Source of the DNA: Rhodothalassiaceae bacterium
GTDB lineage: Bacteria; Pseudomonadota; Alphaproteobacteria; Sphingomonadales; Rhodothalassiaceae
Reading direction: 5' to 3'
Length of the DNA stretch: 32,000 nucleotides
Assembly (NCBI GenBank): GCA_026004935.1
Contig: BPKC01000001.1
Coordinates: 1,123,491 to 1,155,490, forward strand
Shown: positions 1 to 18,963 of the stretch, one piece after another
How the letters are laid out: every line of letters starts with the position of its first letter
Position numbering within the stretch: the first letter of the stretch is position 1
The notes under the pieces: model-generated
Told to the model about the DNA's origin: nothing
Database searches by the model: none
The model's input: only the letters and a program-made list of their open reading frames with translations
Made by a program: the position numbers and the translations under genes

Positions 1-1635
<1,635 letters not shown>

Positions 1636-1682
1636 GACGCCCCCGCCGGCCCCGCCCGCTCTGCCATGCGGGCCGCATGTGA

Positions 1683-5948
<4,266 letters not shown>

Positions 5949-5981
5949 TCGCGCGCGTTCCGGCGCAGGCTGGAAAGATCC

Positions 5982-6016
5982 GCACGGCCGTCCCCGCCTC
6001 GCGGGGGCGGCCGTGC
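5982..6016 (+). terminator. Strong terminator-like hairpin downstream of rpoC
   Basis: GCACGGCCG-T-CCCCGC / CTC loop / GCGGGG-G-CGGCCGTGC: 16-bp stem (one G.T/U pair) with 3-nt loop, 33 nt after the rpoC stop; no clear U-tract follows. Confidence 0.6.
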
Positions 6017-6158
6017 CGCCTGTTGCCGCCGATCATTGCGAGTCGCGGCCGGCCGGCCCCGCCGGCGCAAGGATCCTCTCCTCGCGGGGCTCCAGACGAA
6101 AGATGAAAGGCGCGACCGCGGCCCCGTTTTGCCGGAAATGTCGGCCCCCGCAGCGCTG

Positions 6159-6187
6159 TTGACGCGATCCGGCACCAGGACTATATA
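6159..6187 (+). promoter_or_regulatory. Putative sigma70-type promoter for the str operon (rpsL-rpsG-fusA-tuf...)
   Basis: TTGACG (6159-6164), 17-nt spacer, TATATA (6182-6187), located after the rpoC hairpin and upstream of rpsL in otherwise very GC-rich DNA. Confidence 0.7.
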
Positions 6188-6732
6188 GCGGGCCTCGCCC
6201 GGGCCCGGGTGGTAGCGCCCGCGCGGCCGCGGCCGCAGGCGGCGTGCTAGACGCCGGTGCCGGAACGGGCTTCTGGTGGTGACAGAACCGGTGAGCGGGC
6301 GGACCTTCGGCCCTTGGACGAAGGTTCGCACAGGCTGCACGAGGGTCGGGCCCCGGCGCGCGCCGCGCGAGGAAATCTGGCGCATGACGGGGCTTGCGTT
6401 GCCGCCGGGTTTGGCGTAAGGGCGGGCGGCCGCGTGCGACCCCCCTCGGGCGACGGCTCCTCTTGGAGGAGTGCGAAGAGGCGGGTGTTGGACGGCGACG
6501 TTTCGCGAGCGGTGGCAGGGGATCGAAGCGCCCCCTTCGGAAGGGCCGCGGTGACGGCGGCGAAGGAAGGGGCGAGGTGCTTCGCTCATGCTGCACGGGT
6601 GCAGCGGCCCCGGCGCGTGAAACAAGCCCGTCAGGCGCAGACGAGATCATGGCGGCCCGCGGCCGCGACCGGATGCGTCGTGGCGGCGGGCGCGGTCGGG
6701 TGACGAGGAAGAAAGAAGGCAGAGGGCGATCG

Positions 6733-7104
6733 ATGCCGACGATCAATCAGCTCGTGCGCAAGCCGCGCAAGCGGCCGGTCAAGCGCAACAAGGTGCCGGC
6801 GCTTCAGGCCTGCCCCCAGAAGCGGGGCGTGTGCACCCGCGTGTACACGACGACGCCGAAGAAGCCGAACTCGGCGCTCAGAAAGGTTGCGCGCGTGCGG
6901 CTGACGAACGGGATCGAGGTCACCGCCTACATTCCGGGCGAGGGACACAATCTGCAGGAGCATTCGGTCGTGCTCATCCGCGGCGGCCGCGTGAAGGACC
7001 TGCCGGGCGTGCGCTACCACATCATCCGCGGCGTGCTCGATACCCAGGGCGTCTCCGACCGCCGTCAGGGCCGCTCGAAGTACGGCGCCAAGCGGCCGAA
7101 ATGA
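6733..7104 (+). CDS. rpsL: 30S ribosomal protein S12 (123 aa)
   Basis: [60 protein letters not shown]...; internal ATG of the longer ORF 6394..7104 matches the canonical S12 N-terminus. Confidence 0.98.
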   Translation: MPTINQLVRKPRKRPVKRNKVPALQACPQKRGVCTRVYTTTPKKPNSALRKVARVRLTNGIEVTAYIPGEGHNLQEHSVVLIRGGRVKDLPGVRYHIIRGVLDTQGVSDRRQGRSKYGAKRPK

Positions 7105-7107
7105 TGA

Positions 7108-7593
<486 letters not shown>

Positions 7594-7649
7594 CCGCGAC
7601 GGCGCGGCCCGCGCAGCAGAAACGAGACGCGAGAACGAGAGCGACGACG

Positions 7650-9731
<2,082 letters not shown>

Positions 9732-9786
9732 CGTGCATCCGGCAGGCATGAGCGGACAGGGAAACGACAGGGAAAGGACCTGAAAG

Positions 9787-10977
9787 ATGTCCAAGGCGAA
9801 GTTTGAGCGGACGAAGCCGCATGTGAACGTGGGGACGATTGGTCACGTGGACCATGGGAAGACGACGCTGACGGCGGCGATCACGAAGGTGTTGGCGGAG
9901 CAGGGCAAGGCGCAGTTCGTGGACTATGCGAAGATTGACAAGGCGCCGGAGGAGCGCGAGCGGGGGATCACGATATCGACGGCGCATGTGGAGTACGAGA
10001 CGGACAAGCGGCATTACGCGCATGTCGACTGCCCGGGTCATGCGGACTATGTGAAGAACATGATCACGGGTGCGGCGCAGATGGACGGAGCGATTCTGGT
10101 GGTGTCTGCGGCGGATGGTCCGATGCCGCAGACGCGCGAGCACATCTTGCTGGCGCGTCAGGTGGGTGTGCCGGCGATCGTGGTGTTCTTGAACAAGGTG
10201 GACCAGGTGGACGATCCGGAGCTTCTGGAGCTGGTGGAGCTGGAGGTCCGGGAGCTTTTGAGCCAGTACGGTTTTCCGGGCGACGAGATTCCGATCATTG
10301 CGGGTTCGGCGCTGGCGGCGCTGGAGGGGCGTGATCCGGAGATCGGGGCGCAGAAGGTGCTGGAGCTGATGAATGCGGTGGACGAGTACATTCCGACGCC
10401 GGAGCGTCCGAAGGACAAGCCGTTCCTGATGCCGATCGAGGACGTGTTCTCGATTTCGGGACGCGGGACGGTGGTGACGGGCCGCGTGGAGCAGGGCGTG
10501 GTCAAGGTCGGCGACGAGGTGGAGATCGTGGGCATCCGTCCGACCCGCAAGACGGTGGTGACGGGTGTGGAGATGTTCCGCAAGATCCTGGACCAGGGCG
10601 AGGCGGGCGACAACATCGGCGCGCTGCTGCGCGGTGTGGGCCGCGACGAGGTGGAGCGCGGTCAGGTTCTGGCGCAGCCCGGATCGATCACGCCGCACAC
10701 GAAGTTCAAGGCGGAGACCTATGTGCTGACGAAGGAGGAGGGCGGCCGGCACACGCCGTTCTTCAACAACTACCGTCCGCAGTTCTACTTCCGGACGACG
10801 GACGTGACGGGCACGGTGAAGCTGCCGGAGGGCGTGGAGATGGTGATGCCGGGCGACAATGTGGAGCTCGAGGTCGAGCTCATCAGCCCGATCGCCATGG
10901 ACGAGGGCCTCAGGTTCGCCATCCGCGAAGGCGGCCGCACCGTCGGCGCAGGCGTCGTCTCCAAAATCATCGAGTAG
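9787..10977 (+). CDS. tuf: Elongation factor Tu (396 aa)
   Basis: [40 protein letters not shown]..., [43 protein letters not shown]-terminal [17 protein letters not shown]. Confidence 0.99.
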   Translation: MSKAKFERTKPHVNVGTIGHVDHGKTTLTAAITKVLAEQGKAQFVDYAKIDKAPEERERGITISTAHVEYETDKRHYAHVDCPGHADYVKNMITGAAQMDGAILVVSAADGPMPQTREHILLARQVGVPAIVVFLNKVDQVDDPELLELVELEVRELLSQYGFPGDEIPIIAGSALAALEGRDPEIGAQKVLELMNAVDEYIPTPERPKDKPFLMPIEDVFSISGRGTVVTGRVEQGVVKVGDEVEIVGIRPTRKTVVTGVEMFRKILDQGEAGDNIGALLRGVGRDEVERGQVLAQPGSITPHTKFKAETYVLTKEEGGRHTPFFNNYRPQFYFRTTDVTGTVKLPEGVEMVMPGDNVELEVELISPIAMDEGLRFAIREGGRTVGAGVVSKIIE

Positions 10978-11022
10978 GCTGCGAGGCGGCGGGCAGTCCC
11001 GGCAACAAGAGGACCGTGAGCG

Positions 11023-11337
11023 ATGGATACGCAGAGCATTCGTATCCGCCTGAAGGCGTTCGATCACCGCATTCTCGATCAGGCGGCCAACGAGATCGCG
11101 GGAACGGCCCGCCGGACCGGCGCGCTGGTGAGGGGGCCGATTCCCCTTCCCACCCGCATCCAGCGGTTCACGGTCAACCGCTCGCCGCACATCGACAAGG
11201 AGTCGATGGAGCAGTTCGAGATGCGCACCCACAAGCGCGTCCTCGACATCATCGATCCGACGCCGCAGACGGTCGACGCGCTGATGAAGCTCGACCTGTC
11301 GCCCGGCGTGGACGTGGAAATCAAGCTGCAGGGATGA
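11023..11337 (+). CDS. rpsJ: 30S ribosomal protein S10 (104 aa)
   Basis: [72 protein letters not shown]. Confidence 0.98.
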   Translation: MDTQSIRIRLKAFDHRILDQAANEIAGTARRTGALVRGPIPLPTRIQRFTVNRSPHIDKESMEQFEMRTHKRVLDIIDPTPQTVDALMKLDLSPGVDVEIKLQG

Positions 11338-11348
11338 GGCGGTAGGCG

Positions 11349-12131
11349 ATGCGCACGGGTGTGATTGCAAAGAAACTGGGCATGACCCGCGTCTTCGACG
11401 CCGATGGTCGTCACGTGCCCGTGACGGTCCTGAAGCTGGAGGAGTGCCAGGTCGTGGCCCAGCGCACCGAGGAGCGGGACGGCTATGTCGCCCTGCAGCT
11501 GGGTGCGGGGCGCGCGAAGGCCAAGCGCACGACGGCGCCGATGCGCGGCCATTACGCCAGGGCGGGCGTGCCGCCCAAGCGCGTGCTCGCCGAGTTCCGG
11601 GTGGATCCGGATCATCTCGTCGAGGTGGGCGCCGAGATCACGGCGGACCACTTCGTGCCGGGCCAGTTCGTGGACGCCATCGGCACCTCCAAGGGCAAGG
11701 GGTTCGCGGGCGCGATGAAGCGCTGGAACTTCGGCGGTCTGCGCGCCAGCCACGGCGTGTCGATCTCGCACAGAAGCCACGGCTCGACCGGCAACCGGCA
11801 GGATCCGGGCCGCGTCTTCAAGGGCAAGAAGATGGCCGGCCATCTCGGCGACGAGCGGGTGACGGTCCTCAATCTGCAGGTGGTGGACGTGCGCCCGGAT
11901 GACGGGCTGATCCTCGTGCGCGGGGCAATTCCGGGGGCGAAGGGCTCCTGGATCCTGCTGCGCGATGCGGTCAAGAGGCCGCTGCCCGAGACGGCGCCGC
12001 ATCCGGCCGCCTTCCGCAGGCTCGAGAACGCGCCCGGGGCCCCGGCGCAGGACGCCGGCGAGGCGCCGGCGGAAGGCGAGGGGGCGCCGGCGGCGGATGC
12101 CGGTGAGACGGCTGAAGACAGGAATGGATGA
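11349..12131 (+). CDS. rplC: 50S ribosomal protein L3 (260 aa) with Ala/Pro/Glu/Gly-rich C-terminal tail
   Basis: [36 protein letters not shown]... [58 protein letters not shown]. Confidence 0.97.
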   Translation: MRTGVIAKKLGMTRVFDADGRHVPVTVLKLEECQVVAQRTEERDGYVALQLGAGRAKAKRTTAPMRGHYARAGVPPKRVLAEFRVDPDHLVEVGAEITADHFVPGQFVDAIGTSKGKGFAGAMKRWNFGGLRASHGVSISHRSHGSTGNRQDPGRVFKGKKMAGHLGDERVTVLNLQVVDVRPDDGLILVRGAIPGAKGSWILLRDAVKRPLPETAPHPAAFRRLENAPGAPAQDAGEAPAEGEGAPAADAGETAEDRNG

Positions 12132-12135
12132 AGCC

Positions 12136-12756
12136 ATGAAGGCCGATGTCCTGACATGGGATGCGAAGAAGGCCGGCAGCATCGAGCTCGATGACGCGAT
12201 CTTCGGGCTGGAGCCGCGCGCCGACATTCTGCATCGCGTCGTGGTCTGGCAGCTCGCCAAGCGCCGCGCCGGCACGCACGCCGTGAAATTCCGCTCCGAC
12301 GTGCGGGCGACGAACAGGAAGATGTACCGGCAGAAGGGCACGGGGCGCGCGCGGCATGGCAGCCGGCGGGTCAACATCTTCCGCGGGGGCGGGCGCGCAT
12401 TCGGGCCGATTCCGCGCGACCACGCGATCAAGCTGCCGAAGAAGGTGCGGGCGCTCGGCCTCAGGCATGCGCTCTCCGACAAGGCGCGCGAGGGGCGGCT
12501 CATCGTGGTCGAGACGGCGAAGCTGGAGAAGGGCAAGACCCGCGAGCTCAAGGACAAGCTGGCGAAGCTGGGGCTCACCAGCGCGCTGATCATCGACGGC
12601 GAGGCGGTGGACGAGGCGTTCAAGCGCGCGGCGGCCAACCTGCCGCAGGTCAAGGTGCTGCCGACGATCGGCGCCAATGTCTACGACATCCTGCGTCACG
12701 AGACGCTGGTGCTGACGAAGGCGGCGGTGGACAAGCTCAAGGAGCGGCTCTCATGA
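12136..12756 (+). CDS. rplD: 50S ribosomal protein L4 (206 aa)
   Basis: [48 protein letters not shown]...[24 protein letters not shown]; start placed at internal ATG of ORF 11965..12756. Confidence 0.95.
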   Translation: MKADVLTWDAKKAGSIELDDAIFGLEPRADILHRVVVWQLAKRRAGTHAVKFRSDVRATNRKMYRQKGTGRARHGSRRVNIFRGGGRAFGPIPRDHAIKLPKKVRALGLRHALSDKAREGRLIVVETAKLEKGKTRELKDKLAKLGLTSALIIDGEAVDEAFKRAAANLPQVKVLPTIGANVYDILRHETLVLTKAAVDKLKERLS

Positions 12757-13058
12757 GCAAGGCGGAGCCGAAGCTGAAGGCCTACGACATCATCCTGCGC
12801 CCGGTGATCACCGAGAAGGCGACGCTGGGTTCGGAACACAACCAGGTCACCTTCGTGGTGGCGAAGCATGCCACGAAGCCGGAGATCAAGGAGGCGGTGG
12901 AAAGCCTGTTCAAGGTCAAGGTGAAGAAGGTCAACACCTTGAACCAGAAGGGCAAGGTCAAGCGCTTCCGCGGGATCACGGGCCGGCGGGCGGACATCAA
13001 GAAGGCGATCGTGACCCTCGAGGAGGGCCACCACATCGATGTGACGGCAGGGGTCTGA
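12753..13058 (+). CDS. rplW: 50S ribosomal protein L23 (101 aa)
   Basis: [67 protein letters not shown]; ATGA 4-nt overlap with rplD. Confidence 0.97.
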   Translation: MSKAEPKLKAYDIILRPVITEKATLGSEHNQVTFVVAKHATKPEIKEAVESLFKVKVKKVNTLNQKGKVKRFRGITGRRADIKKAIVTLEEGHHIDVTAGV

Positions 13059-13061
13059 TCC

Positions 13062-13898
13062 ATGGCGCTCAAGAGCTACAAACCGGTCACTCCCTCCCAG
13101 CGCGGGCTCGTGCTGGTGGACCGCTCGCATCTGTGGAAGGGCGATCCCGTCAAGAAGCTGACGGAGGGCCTGACGAAGTCCGGCGGCCGGAACAATTTCG
13201 GACACATCACGGCGCGCCGGCGCGGCGGCGGCCACAAGCGGCTGTATCGCAAGGTGGATTTCCGCCGGCGCAAGTGGGGCGTGGAGGCGACCGTCGAGCG
13301 CATCGAGTACGATCCCAACCGCACGGCCTTCATCGCGCTCATCCGCTATGACGACGGCGAGCTGAGCTACATCATCGCCCCGCAGCGGCTGGCGCCGGGC
13401 GCGAAGGTGATCGCGGCCGAGCATGTGGACATCAAGCCGGGCAATGCCTCGCCCATCGGCAACATGCCGGTCGGCACCATCGTCCACAACATCGAGCTCA
13501 AGCCGGGCGGCGGCGGCAAGGTCGCGCGCGCGGCCGGGACCTTCGCCCAGATCGTCGGCCGCGACCAGGGCTACGTGATCATCCGCCTCGCCTCCGGCGA
13601 GCAGCGCAAGGTGCCGAACGCCTGCATGGCCACGGTGGGTGCGGTCTCGAACCCGGACAAGAAGAACGAGGTGCTGGCGAAGGCGGGCCGCAACCGGTGG
13701 AAGGGCCGCCGGCCGGCGGTGCGCGGCGTGGCGATGAACCCGGTGGACCATCCGCACGGCGGCGGCGAGGGGCGCACCTCCGGCGGCCGTCATCCGGTGA
13801 CGCCGTGGGGCAAGCCGACCAAGGGCAAGAAGACCCGGCACAACCGCGCGAGCGACAAGTACATCGTGCGTTCGCGGCACGATGCGAAGAAGCGCTAG
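13062..13898 (+). CDS. rplB: 50S ribosomal protein L2 (278 aa)
   Basis: [22 protein letters not shown]...[23 protein letters not shown]...[29 protein letters not shown]. Confidence 0.99.
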   Translation: MALKSYKPVTPSQRGLVLVDRSHLWKGDPVKKLTEGLTKSGGRNNFGHITARRRGGGHKRLYRKVDFRRRKWGVEATVERIEYDPNRTAFIALIRYDDGELSYIIAPQRLAPGAKVIAAEHVDIKPGNASPIGNMPVGTIVHNIELKPGGGGKVARAAGTFAQIVGRDQGYVIIRLASGEQRKVPNACMATVGAVSNPDKKNEVLAKAGRNRWKGRRPAVRGVAMNPVDHPHGGGEGRTSGGRHPVTPWGKPTKGKKTRHNRASDKYIVRSRHDAKKR

Positions 13899-13910
13899 GA
13901 GGCTTGAGGC

Positions 13911-14189
13911 ATGGCGCGTTCAGTCTGGAAGGGTCCGTTCGTCGAGCTGTCTCTGCTGAAGAAGGCGGAGGCGATGCAGGCGTCCGGCAACAAGCAGGTC
14001 ATCAAGACCTGGTCGAGGCGTTCGACGATCGTTCCGCAGTTCGTGGGGCTGACCTTCAATGTCTACAACGGGCGCAAGTTCGTGCCGGTCTACGTGACCG
14101 AGGAGATGGTCGGCCACAAGCTGGGCGAGTTCGCGCCCACCCGCACCTTCTACGGCCATGGTGCGGACAAGAAGGCGAAGAGGAGTTAA
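13911..14189 (+). CDS. rpsS: 30S ribosomal protein S19 (92 aa)
   Basis: [22 protein letters not shown]...[50 protein letters not shown]. Confidence 0.98.
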   Translation: MARSVWKGPFVELSLLKKAEAMQASGNKQVIKTWSRRSTIVPQFVGLTFNVYNGRKFVPVYVTEEMVGHKLGEFAPTRTFYGHGADKKAKRS

Positions 14190-14195
14190 GCGGCC

Positions 14196-14573
14196 ATGGG
14201 CAAGCCCAAGAATCCGCGCCGCGTGGCGGAGAACGAGGCCTATGCCGTGGGCAACATGCTGCGCGGCTCGCCGCGCCGGTTCAACCTGGTCGCCCAGATG
14301 ATCCGCGGGCTGCCGGTGGACAAGGCGCTCGTGCAGCTCGAGTTCTGCCGGCGCAAGGCGGCACGGGACGTGAAAAAGGTGCTGCAGTCGGCGATCGCGA
14401 ACGCCGAGAACAACCACGGGCTGGACATCGATCAGCTCGTTGTCGCGGAGGCGAGCGTCGGCAAGGCGCTGGTGATGAAGCGCTGGCGGCCGCGGGCGCG
14501 CGGGCGTGTGGGCCGGATCCTGAAGCCCTTCAGCCGGGTGCGGATCGTGGTGCGTGAAGTGCGGGAGCAGTAG
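14196..14573 (+). CDS. rplV: 50S ribosomal protein L22 (125 aa)
   Basis: [77 protein letters not shown]. Confidence 0.97.
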   Translation: MGKPKNPRRVAENEAYAVGNMLRGSPRRFNLVAQMIRGLPVDKALVQLEFCRRKAARDVKKVLQSAIANAENNHGLDIDQLVVAEASVGKALVMKRWRPRARGRVGRILKPFSRVRIVVREVREQ

Positions 14574-14576
14574 GAA

Positions 14577-15272
14577 ATGGGTCAGAAGGTTAATCCCATC
14601 GGTCTGAGGCTCGGCATCAACCGCACCTGGGATTCGCGCTGGTATGCGGACAGCCCGGACTACGGCAGGCTCCTGCAGGAGGATCTGAAGATCCGCCGCT
14701 TTCTCGAGGAGCGGCTGAAGCAGGCGGCGGTGAGCAAGGTCGTCGTGGAGCGCCTTGCCAAGAAGCCGCGGGTGACGGTGTATTCCGCGCGCCCGGGCGT
14801 GGTGATCGGCAAGCGCGGCGCGGACATCGAGCAGCTCCGTCAGGAGCTGAAGAAGATGACCGGCGAGGAGACCGCCCTCAACATCGTCGAGATCAGGAAG
14901 CCCGAGGTGGATGCGCGCCTCGTCGCCGAGGGCATCGCGCAGCAGCTGGAGCGGCGCGTGTCCTTCCGCCGCGCGATGAAGCGGGCGGTGCAGGCCGCCA
15001 TGCGGCTCGGCGCGCAGGGCATCCGGGTCAATGTCTCGGGCCGGCTGGGCGGCGCGGAAATCGCGCGCATGGAGTGGTATCGCGAGGGCCGCGTGCCGCT
15101 GCACACCCTGCGCGCGGACATCGACTACGGCTTTGCGCTGGCCCGCACGGCCTATGGCGCGATCGGGGTGAAGGTCTGGGTGTTCCGCGGCGAGATCATG
15201 GAGCACGACCCGATGGCGCATGAGAAGCGGATGCTGGAGTTCCAGACCGCGGCCGCGGGGTCGTGGCGGTAA
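14577..15272 (+). CDS. rpsC: 30S ribosomal protein S3 (231 aa)
   Basis: [43 protein letters not shown]... KH motif [13 protein letters not shown]. Confidence 0.99.
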   Translation: MGQKVNPIGLRLGINRTWDSRWYADSPDYGRLLQEDLKIRRFLEERLKQAAVSKVVVERLAKKPRVTVYSARPGVVIGKRGADIEQLRQELKKMTGEETALNIVEIRKPEVDARLVAEGIAQQLERRVSFRRAMKRAVQAAMRLGAQGIRVNVSGRLGGAEIARMEWYREGRVPLHTLRADIDYGFALARTAYGAIGVKVWVFRGEIMEHDPMAHEKRMLEFQTAAAGSWR

Positions 15273-15311
15273 CGGCAACGGCCTGACGGCCGGCAGACGA
15301 GGACAGGCGAG

Positions 15312-15722
15312 ATGCTGCAACCGAAGCGCACGAAGTTCAGGAAGGCGCACAAGGGCCGCATCCACGGCATGGCCAAGGGCGGCACCGAGGTGAATTTCGG
15401 GGCCTTCGGCCTGAAGGCGCTGGAGCCCGCGCGGATCACCGCCCGCCAGATCGAGGCGGCGCGGCGCGCCATCACGCGCCACATGAAGCGCGCCGGCAAG
15501 GTGTGGATCCGGATCTTCCCGGACGTGCCGGTTTCGAAGAAGCCGGCCGAGGTGCGCATGGGCAAGGGCAAGGGCTCGCCGGAGTTCTGGGTCGCCCGGG
15601 TGAAGCCGGGGCGGATCATGTTCGAGGTCGACGGCGTGCCCGAGCCGGTGGCCCGGCGCGCCTTCGAGCTGGCGTCGGCGAAGCTGCCGATCGCGACCAA
15701 GATCGTCGCGCGGCGGTCGTGA
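15312..15722 (+). CDS. rplP: 50S ribosomal protein L16 (136 aa)
   Basis: [71 protein letters not shown]. Confidence 0.98.
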   Translation: MLQPKRTKFRKAHKGRIHGMAKGGTEVNFGAFGLKALEPARITARQIEAARRAITRHMKRAGKVWIRIFPDVPVSKKPAEVRMGKGKGSPEFWVARVKPGRIMFEVDGVPEPVARRAFELASAKLPIATKIVARRS

Positions 15723-15756
15723 GGACATCCGGGTCAGGATCAGGGAGCGCGTGACG

Positions 15757-15969
15757 ATGAAGGCGGCGGATCTGAGGCTGAAGACGCGCGACGAGCTGAT
15801 CGCGCTGTTGCGGGATCTCAAGCGCGAGCGGCTGAATCTGCGGTTCCAGCAGGCGGCCGGCCAGCTGGAGAAGCCTTCACGGATCAAGGAGGTGCGGCGC
15901 GACATCGCGCGCATCCTCACGATCCTGAACGAGCGCGCGCGCAAGGGCGATGCCGGCAAGGCGGCCTGA
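15757..15969 (+). CDS. rpmC: 50S ribosomal protein L29
   Basis: [63 protein letters not shown]; GTG at 15751 is an alternative start, but AGGGAG (15743-15748) is better spaced for ATG 15757. Confidence 0.93.
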   Translation: MKAADLRLKTRDELIALLRDLKRERLNLRFQQAAGQLEKPSRIKEVRRDIARILTILNERARKGDAGKAA

Positions 15970-16003
15970 GCGCGGACAGATGTGACAGGACAGGAACGAG
16001 GCG

Positions 16004-16252
16004 ATGCCGAAACGCGTACTGCAGGGACGGGTGGTCAGCGACCGCAACGACAAGACCGTCGTGGTTCTGGTCGAGCGGCGCTTTCCGCATCCGCTGCTGG
16101 GCAAGATCGTCCGGCGCAGCAAGAAGTACCATGCGCATGACCCGAACAACGAATGGAAGGTCGGCGACAAGGTCTGGATCGAGGAATGCCGGCCGATCAG
16201 CAGGAAGAAGCGCTGGCGGGTCGTCCAGGGCGAGCATGTGACGACGGTCTAG
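16004..16252 (+). CDS. rpsQ: 30S ribosomal protein S17 (82 aa)
   Basis: [74 protein letters not shown]. Confidence 0.97.
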   Translation: MPKRVLQGRVVSDRNDKTVVVLVERRFPHPLLGKIVRRSKKYHAHDPNNEWKVGDKVWIEECRPISRKKRWRVVQGEHVTTV

Positions 16253-16310
16253 GCGGCGGCGCCGCGGCGGAACGCAGGCTGCGGGGCGACGTAATCAGGG
16301 TGGACGAGCC

Positions 16311-16679
16311 ATGATCCAGATGCAGACGAATCTCGATGTCGCCGACAACTCGGGCGCCAAGCGGGTGATGTGCATCAAGGTGCTGGGCGGCACCAACCGG
16401 CGCTATGCGCAGGTGGGAGACATCATCGTGGTGTCGGTGAAGGAGGCGACGCCGAAGGGGCGCGTGAAGAAGGGCGAGGTGTACCGCGCGGTCGTCGTGC
16501 GCACCGCCAAGGACATCCGCCGGCCGGATGGCTCGGTCATCCGTTTCGACCGCAACGCGGCGGTGCTGATCAACAAGCAGGGCGAGCCGATCGGCACGCG
16601 CATCTTCGGCCCCGTGGCGCGCGAGCTCAGGGCGGCGAACCAGATGAAGATCATCTCGCTCGCTCCGGAGGTGCTGTGA
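16311..16679 (+). CDS. rplN: 50S ribosomal protein L14 (122 aa)
   Basis: [88 protein letters not shown]. Confidence 0.99.
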   Translation: MIQMQTNLDVADNSGAKRVMCIKVLGGTNRRYAQVGDIIVVSVKEATPKGRVKKGEVYRAVVVRTAKDIRRPDGSVIRFDRNAAVLINKQGEPIGTRIFGPVARELRAANQMKIISLAPEVL

Positions 16680-16993
16680 TGGCTGCGAAGCTGAAGAAGG
16701 GCGACAAGGTCGTCGTGATCGCCGGTCGCGACAAGGGCAAGACCGGCGAGATCCTGAAGGTACTGCCGAAGGAGAACCGGGCGATCGTCTCCGGAGTGAA
16801 TCTCGTCAAGAAGCACCAGCGGCCGACGCCGCAGGAGCCGGGCGGGATCATCACGAAGGAGGCGCCCATCCACCTGTCGAACCTGATGCTGGCCGACCCG
16901 AAGGACGGCCGGCCGACGCGGGTGGGATTCAAGTTCGTCGAGGGCCGCAAGGTGCGGTTCGCCAAGAAGTCGGGCGAGGTGATCGATGGCTGA
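16679..16993 (+). CDS. rplX: 50S ribosomal protein L24 (104 aa)
   Basis: [68 protein letters not shown]; start at internal ATG of ORF 16370..16993, overlapping the rplN stop (TGATG). Confidence 0.96.
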   Translation: MAAKLKKGDKVVVIAGRDKGKTGEILKVLPKENRAIVSGVNLVKKHQRPTPQEPGGIITKEAPIHLSNLMLADPKDGRPTRVGFKFVEGRKVRFAKKSGEVIDG

Positions 16994-17579
16994 GAACGGG
17001 ACCGCCAAGGCGAAGCAGCCGACGGGCGAGCGCTACGTGCCGCGCCTGAAGCGCCTCTACAACGAGGAGGTGCGGCCGAAGCTCATGGAGAAGTTCGGCT
17101 ACACGAACGTCATGCAGGTGCCGCGGCTGGAGAAGATCGTGATCAACGTCGGCGTCGGCGACGCCGTCCAGGATCCGAAGCGGCTGAACAAGGTGGTCGA
17201 GGAGATCGCGCTGATCGCCGGCCAGAAGCCGGTCATCACCCGGGCGAAGAAGTCGATCGCCGGCTTCAAGCTGCGCCAGGGCATGCCGATCGGCGTCAAG
17301 GTGACGCTCAGGCGCGACCGGATGTACGAGTTTCTGGACCGTCTCATCACCATCGCCCTGCCGCGGGTGAAGGACTTTCGCGGGGTGAACCCGAAGAGCT
17401 TCGACGGCCACGGCAACTACGCCATGGGTCTCAAGGAACAGATCGTGTTCCCGGAGATCAACTACGACAAGATCGAGCAGATCCGGGGCATGGACATCAT
17501 CATCTGCACGAGCGCCAAGACGGATGAAGAGGCGCGCGAGCTGCTCGCGGCCTTCAACATGCCGTTCCGGAAGAACTGA
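16986..17579 (+). CDS. rplE: 50S ribosomal protein L5 (197 aa)
   Basis: ...[89 protein letters not shown]; 8-nt overlap with rplX. Confidence 0.97.
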   Translation: MAENGTAKAKQPTGERYVPRLKRLYNEEVRPKLMEKFGYTNVMQVPRLEKIVINVGVGDAVQDPKRLNKVVEEIALIAGQKPVITRAKKSIAGFKLRQGMPIGVKVTLRRDRMYEFLDRLITIALPRVKDFRGVNPKSFDGHGNYAMGLKEQIVFPEINYDKIEQIRGMDIIICTSAKTDEEARELLAAFNMPFRKN

Positions 17580-17608
17580 CCGGTCTCAGGAAGAGGGATA
17601 TCAGAGGC

Positions 17609-17914
17609 ATGGCGAAGAAGAGTGCCATCGAGAAGAACGAGCGGCGCAAGCGGCTGGTGCAGCGCTACGCGGCCAAGCGCGCGAAGCTCAAGGCGATCGC
17701 CCGCGACCGCTCGCTGCCCGAGGAGGAGCGGATTCTCGCCTGGCTGAAGCTGGCGGAACTGCCGCGCAACTCCTCGCCGACGCGGGTGCGCAACCGCTGC
17801 GAGCTGACGGGACGGCCGCGCGCCTATTACCGCAAGTTCCGCATCTCGCGCATCGCGCTGCGCGAACTGGCGTCATCCGGCCAGCTGCCCGGTGTCACCA
17901 AGGCGAGCTGGTAA
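17609..17914 (+). CDS. rpsN: 30S ribosomal protein S14 (101 aa, long form without the zinc-ribbon CXXC pairs)
   Basis: [33 protein letters not shown]...[51 protein letters not shown]. Confidence 0.98.
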   Translation: MAKKSAIEKNERRKRLVQRYAAKRAKLKAIARDRSLPEEERILAWLKLAELPRNSSPTRVRNRCELTGRPRAYYRKFRISRIALRELASSGQLPGVTKASW

Positions 17915-17942
17915 GGGCGGGCTCACAGGAGAGCAGAAGACC

Positions 17943-18338
17943 ATGATGACCGATCCCCTGGGCGACATGCTCACCCGGATCCGCAACGGACTGGCGGCGC
18001 GCAAGGAGTCGATCACGGCCCCGGCATCGCGTCAGCGCGAGCGCGTGCTCGACGTGCTCAAGCGCGAGGGCTACATCCTCGGCTACGAGCGGGTGGATCT
18101 CGGCAACAACAAGGCGGTGCTGAAGATCCAGCTCAAGTATCACGAGGGCGAGCCGGTGATCCGTCACATCGAGCGCGTCTCGCGCCCGGGGCGGCGGATC
18201 TACGCGGGCGTCAAGGAGCTGCCGCGGGTCGCCAACGGCCTCGGAATCTCGATCGTCTCCACGCCCAAGGGCGTGCTCTCGGACGCCGAGGCGCGCGCCC
18301 AGAACGTCGGCGGCGAGGTGATCTGCAAGGTGTTCTAG
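17943..18338 (+). CDS. rpsH: 30S ribosomal protein S8 (131 aa; start could be the next ATG at 17946)
   Basis: [51 protein letters not shown]...[33 protein letters not shown]. Confidence 0.95.
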   Translation: MMTDPLGDMLTRIRNGLAARKESITAPASRQRERVLDVLKREGYILGYERVDLGNNKAVLKIQLKYHEGEPVIRHIERVSRPGRRIYAGVKELPRVANGLGISIVSTPKGVLSDAEARAQNVGGEVICKVF

Positions 18339-18411
18339 CGCCGCCTCGCGGCGGTGACGCAGGGCCGGGCGGGGCGCCTGGCGGGCGCGCAAGGCAAAGA
18401 GGACGAAAAAC

Positions 18412-18945
18412 ATGTCGCGCATTGGCAAGAAACCCATCGCGATCCCGAGCGGGGTGGAGGTGCGCCTCGACGGCCGCGAGATTTCCGTGAAGGGTCCGAA
18501 GGGCGCGCTGTCGCTGACGCTCGAGGAGGATGTGGAGGTCACCCGCGAGGGTGACGAGATCCTCGTCAGACCCCGCAACGACAGCCGCCGGGCGCGCGCC
18601 ATGTGGGGCATGCAGCGCAGCCTGGTCGCCAATCTGGTCGAGGGTGTGACGAAGGGTTTCGAGAAGAAGCTCGTGATCCAGGGCGTCGGCTACCGCGCCC
18701 AGGCCCAGGGCCGGAAGGTGCGTCTGCAGCTCGGCTTCAGCCACGACATCGAGTACGACGTGCCGGAGGGCATCAAGGTGGAGACGCCGGACCAGACGAC
18801 CATCGTGGTCTCGGGGATCGACAAGCAGAAGGTCGGCCAGGTGGCCGCCGAGCTGCGCGCCTATCGTCCGCCGGAGCCCTACAAGGGCAAGGGTGTGCGC
18901 TACGAGAACGAGTACGTCTTCCGCAAGGAAGGCAAGAAGAAGTAA
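18412..18945 (+). CDS. rplF: 50S ribosomal protein L6 (177 aa)
   Basis: [37 protein letters not shown]...[29 protein letters not shown]. Confidence 0.98.
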   Translation: MSRIGKKPIAIPSGVEVRLDGREISVKGPKGALSLTLEEDVEVTREGDEILVRPRNDSRRARAMWGMQRSLVANLVEGVTKGFEKKLVIQGVGYRAQAQGRKVRLQLGFSHDIEYDVPEGIKVETPDQTTIVVSGIDKQKVGQVAAELRAYRPPEPYKGKGVRYENEYVFRKEGKKK

Positions 18946-18963
18946 CGCGAGGGCGAACCAGCC

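Noticed and set aside
6257-6703. 148-aa plus-strand ORF in the rpoC-rpsL leader, considered as a possible leader-encoded protein
   Set aside because: Arg/Ala/Gly-rich with no recognisable motif, non-ATG start and no evident RBS. The region is better described as a non-coding leader unless ribosome profiling shows otherwise.
6394-6732. N-terminal extension of the rpsL ORF
   Set aside because: S12 N-terminus [13 protein letters not shown] is canonical at 6733; the upstream 113 residues are low-complexity and unsupported.
13920-15959. 679-aa minus-strand ORF
   Set aside because: Spans antisense of rpsS, rplV, rpsC, rplP and rpmC, each a confidently identified ribosomal protein gene; not plausible as a real gene.
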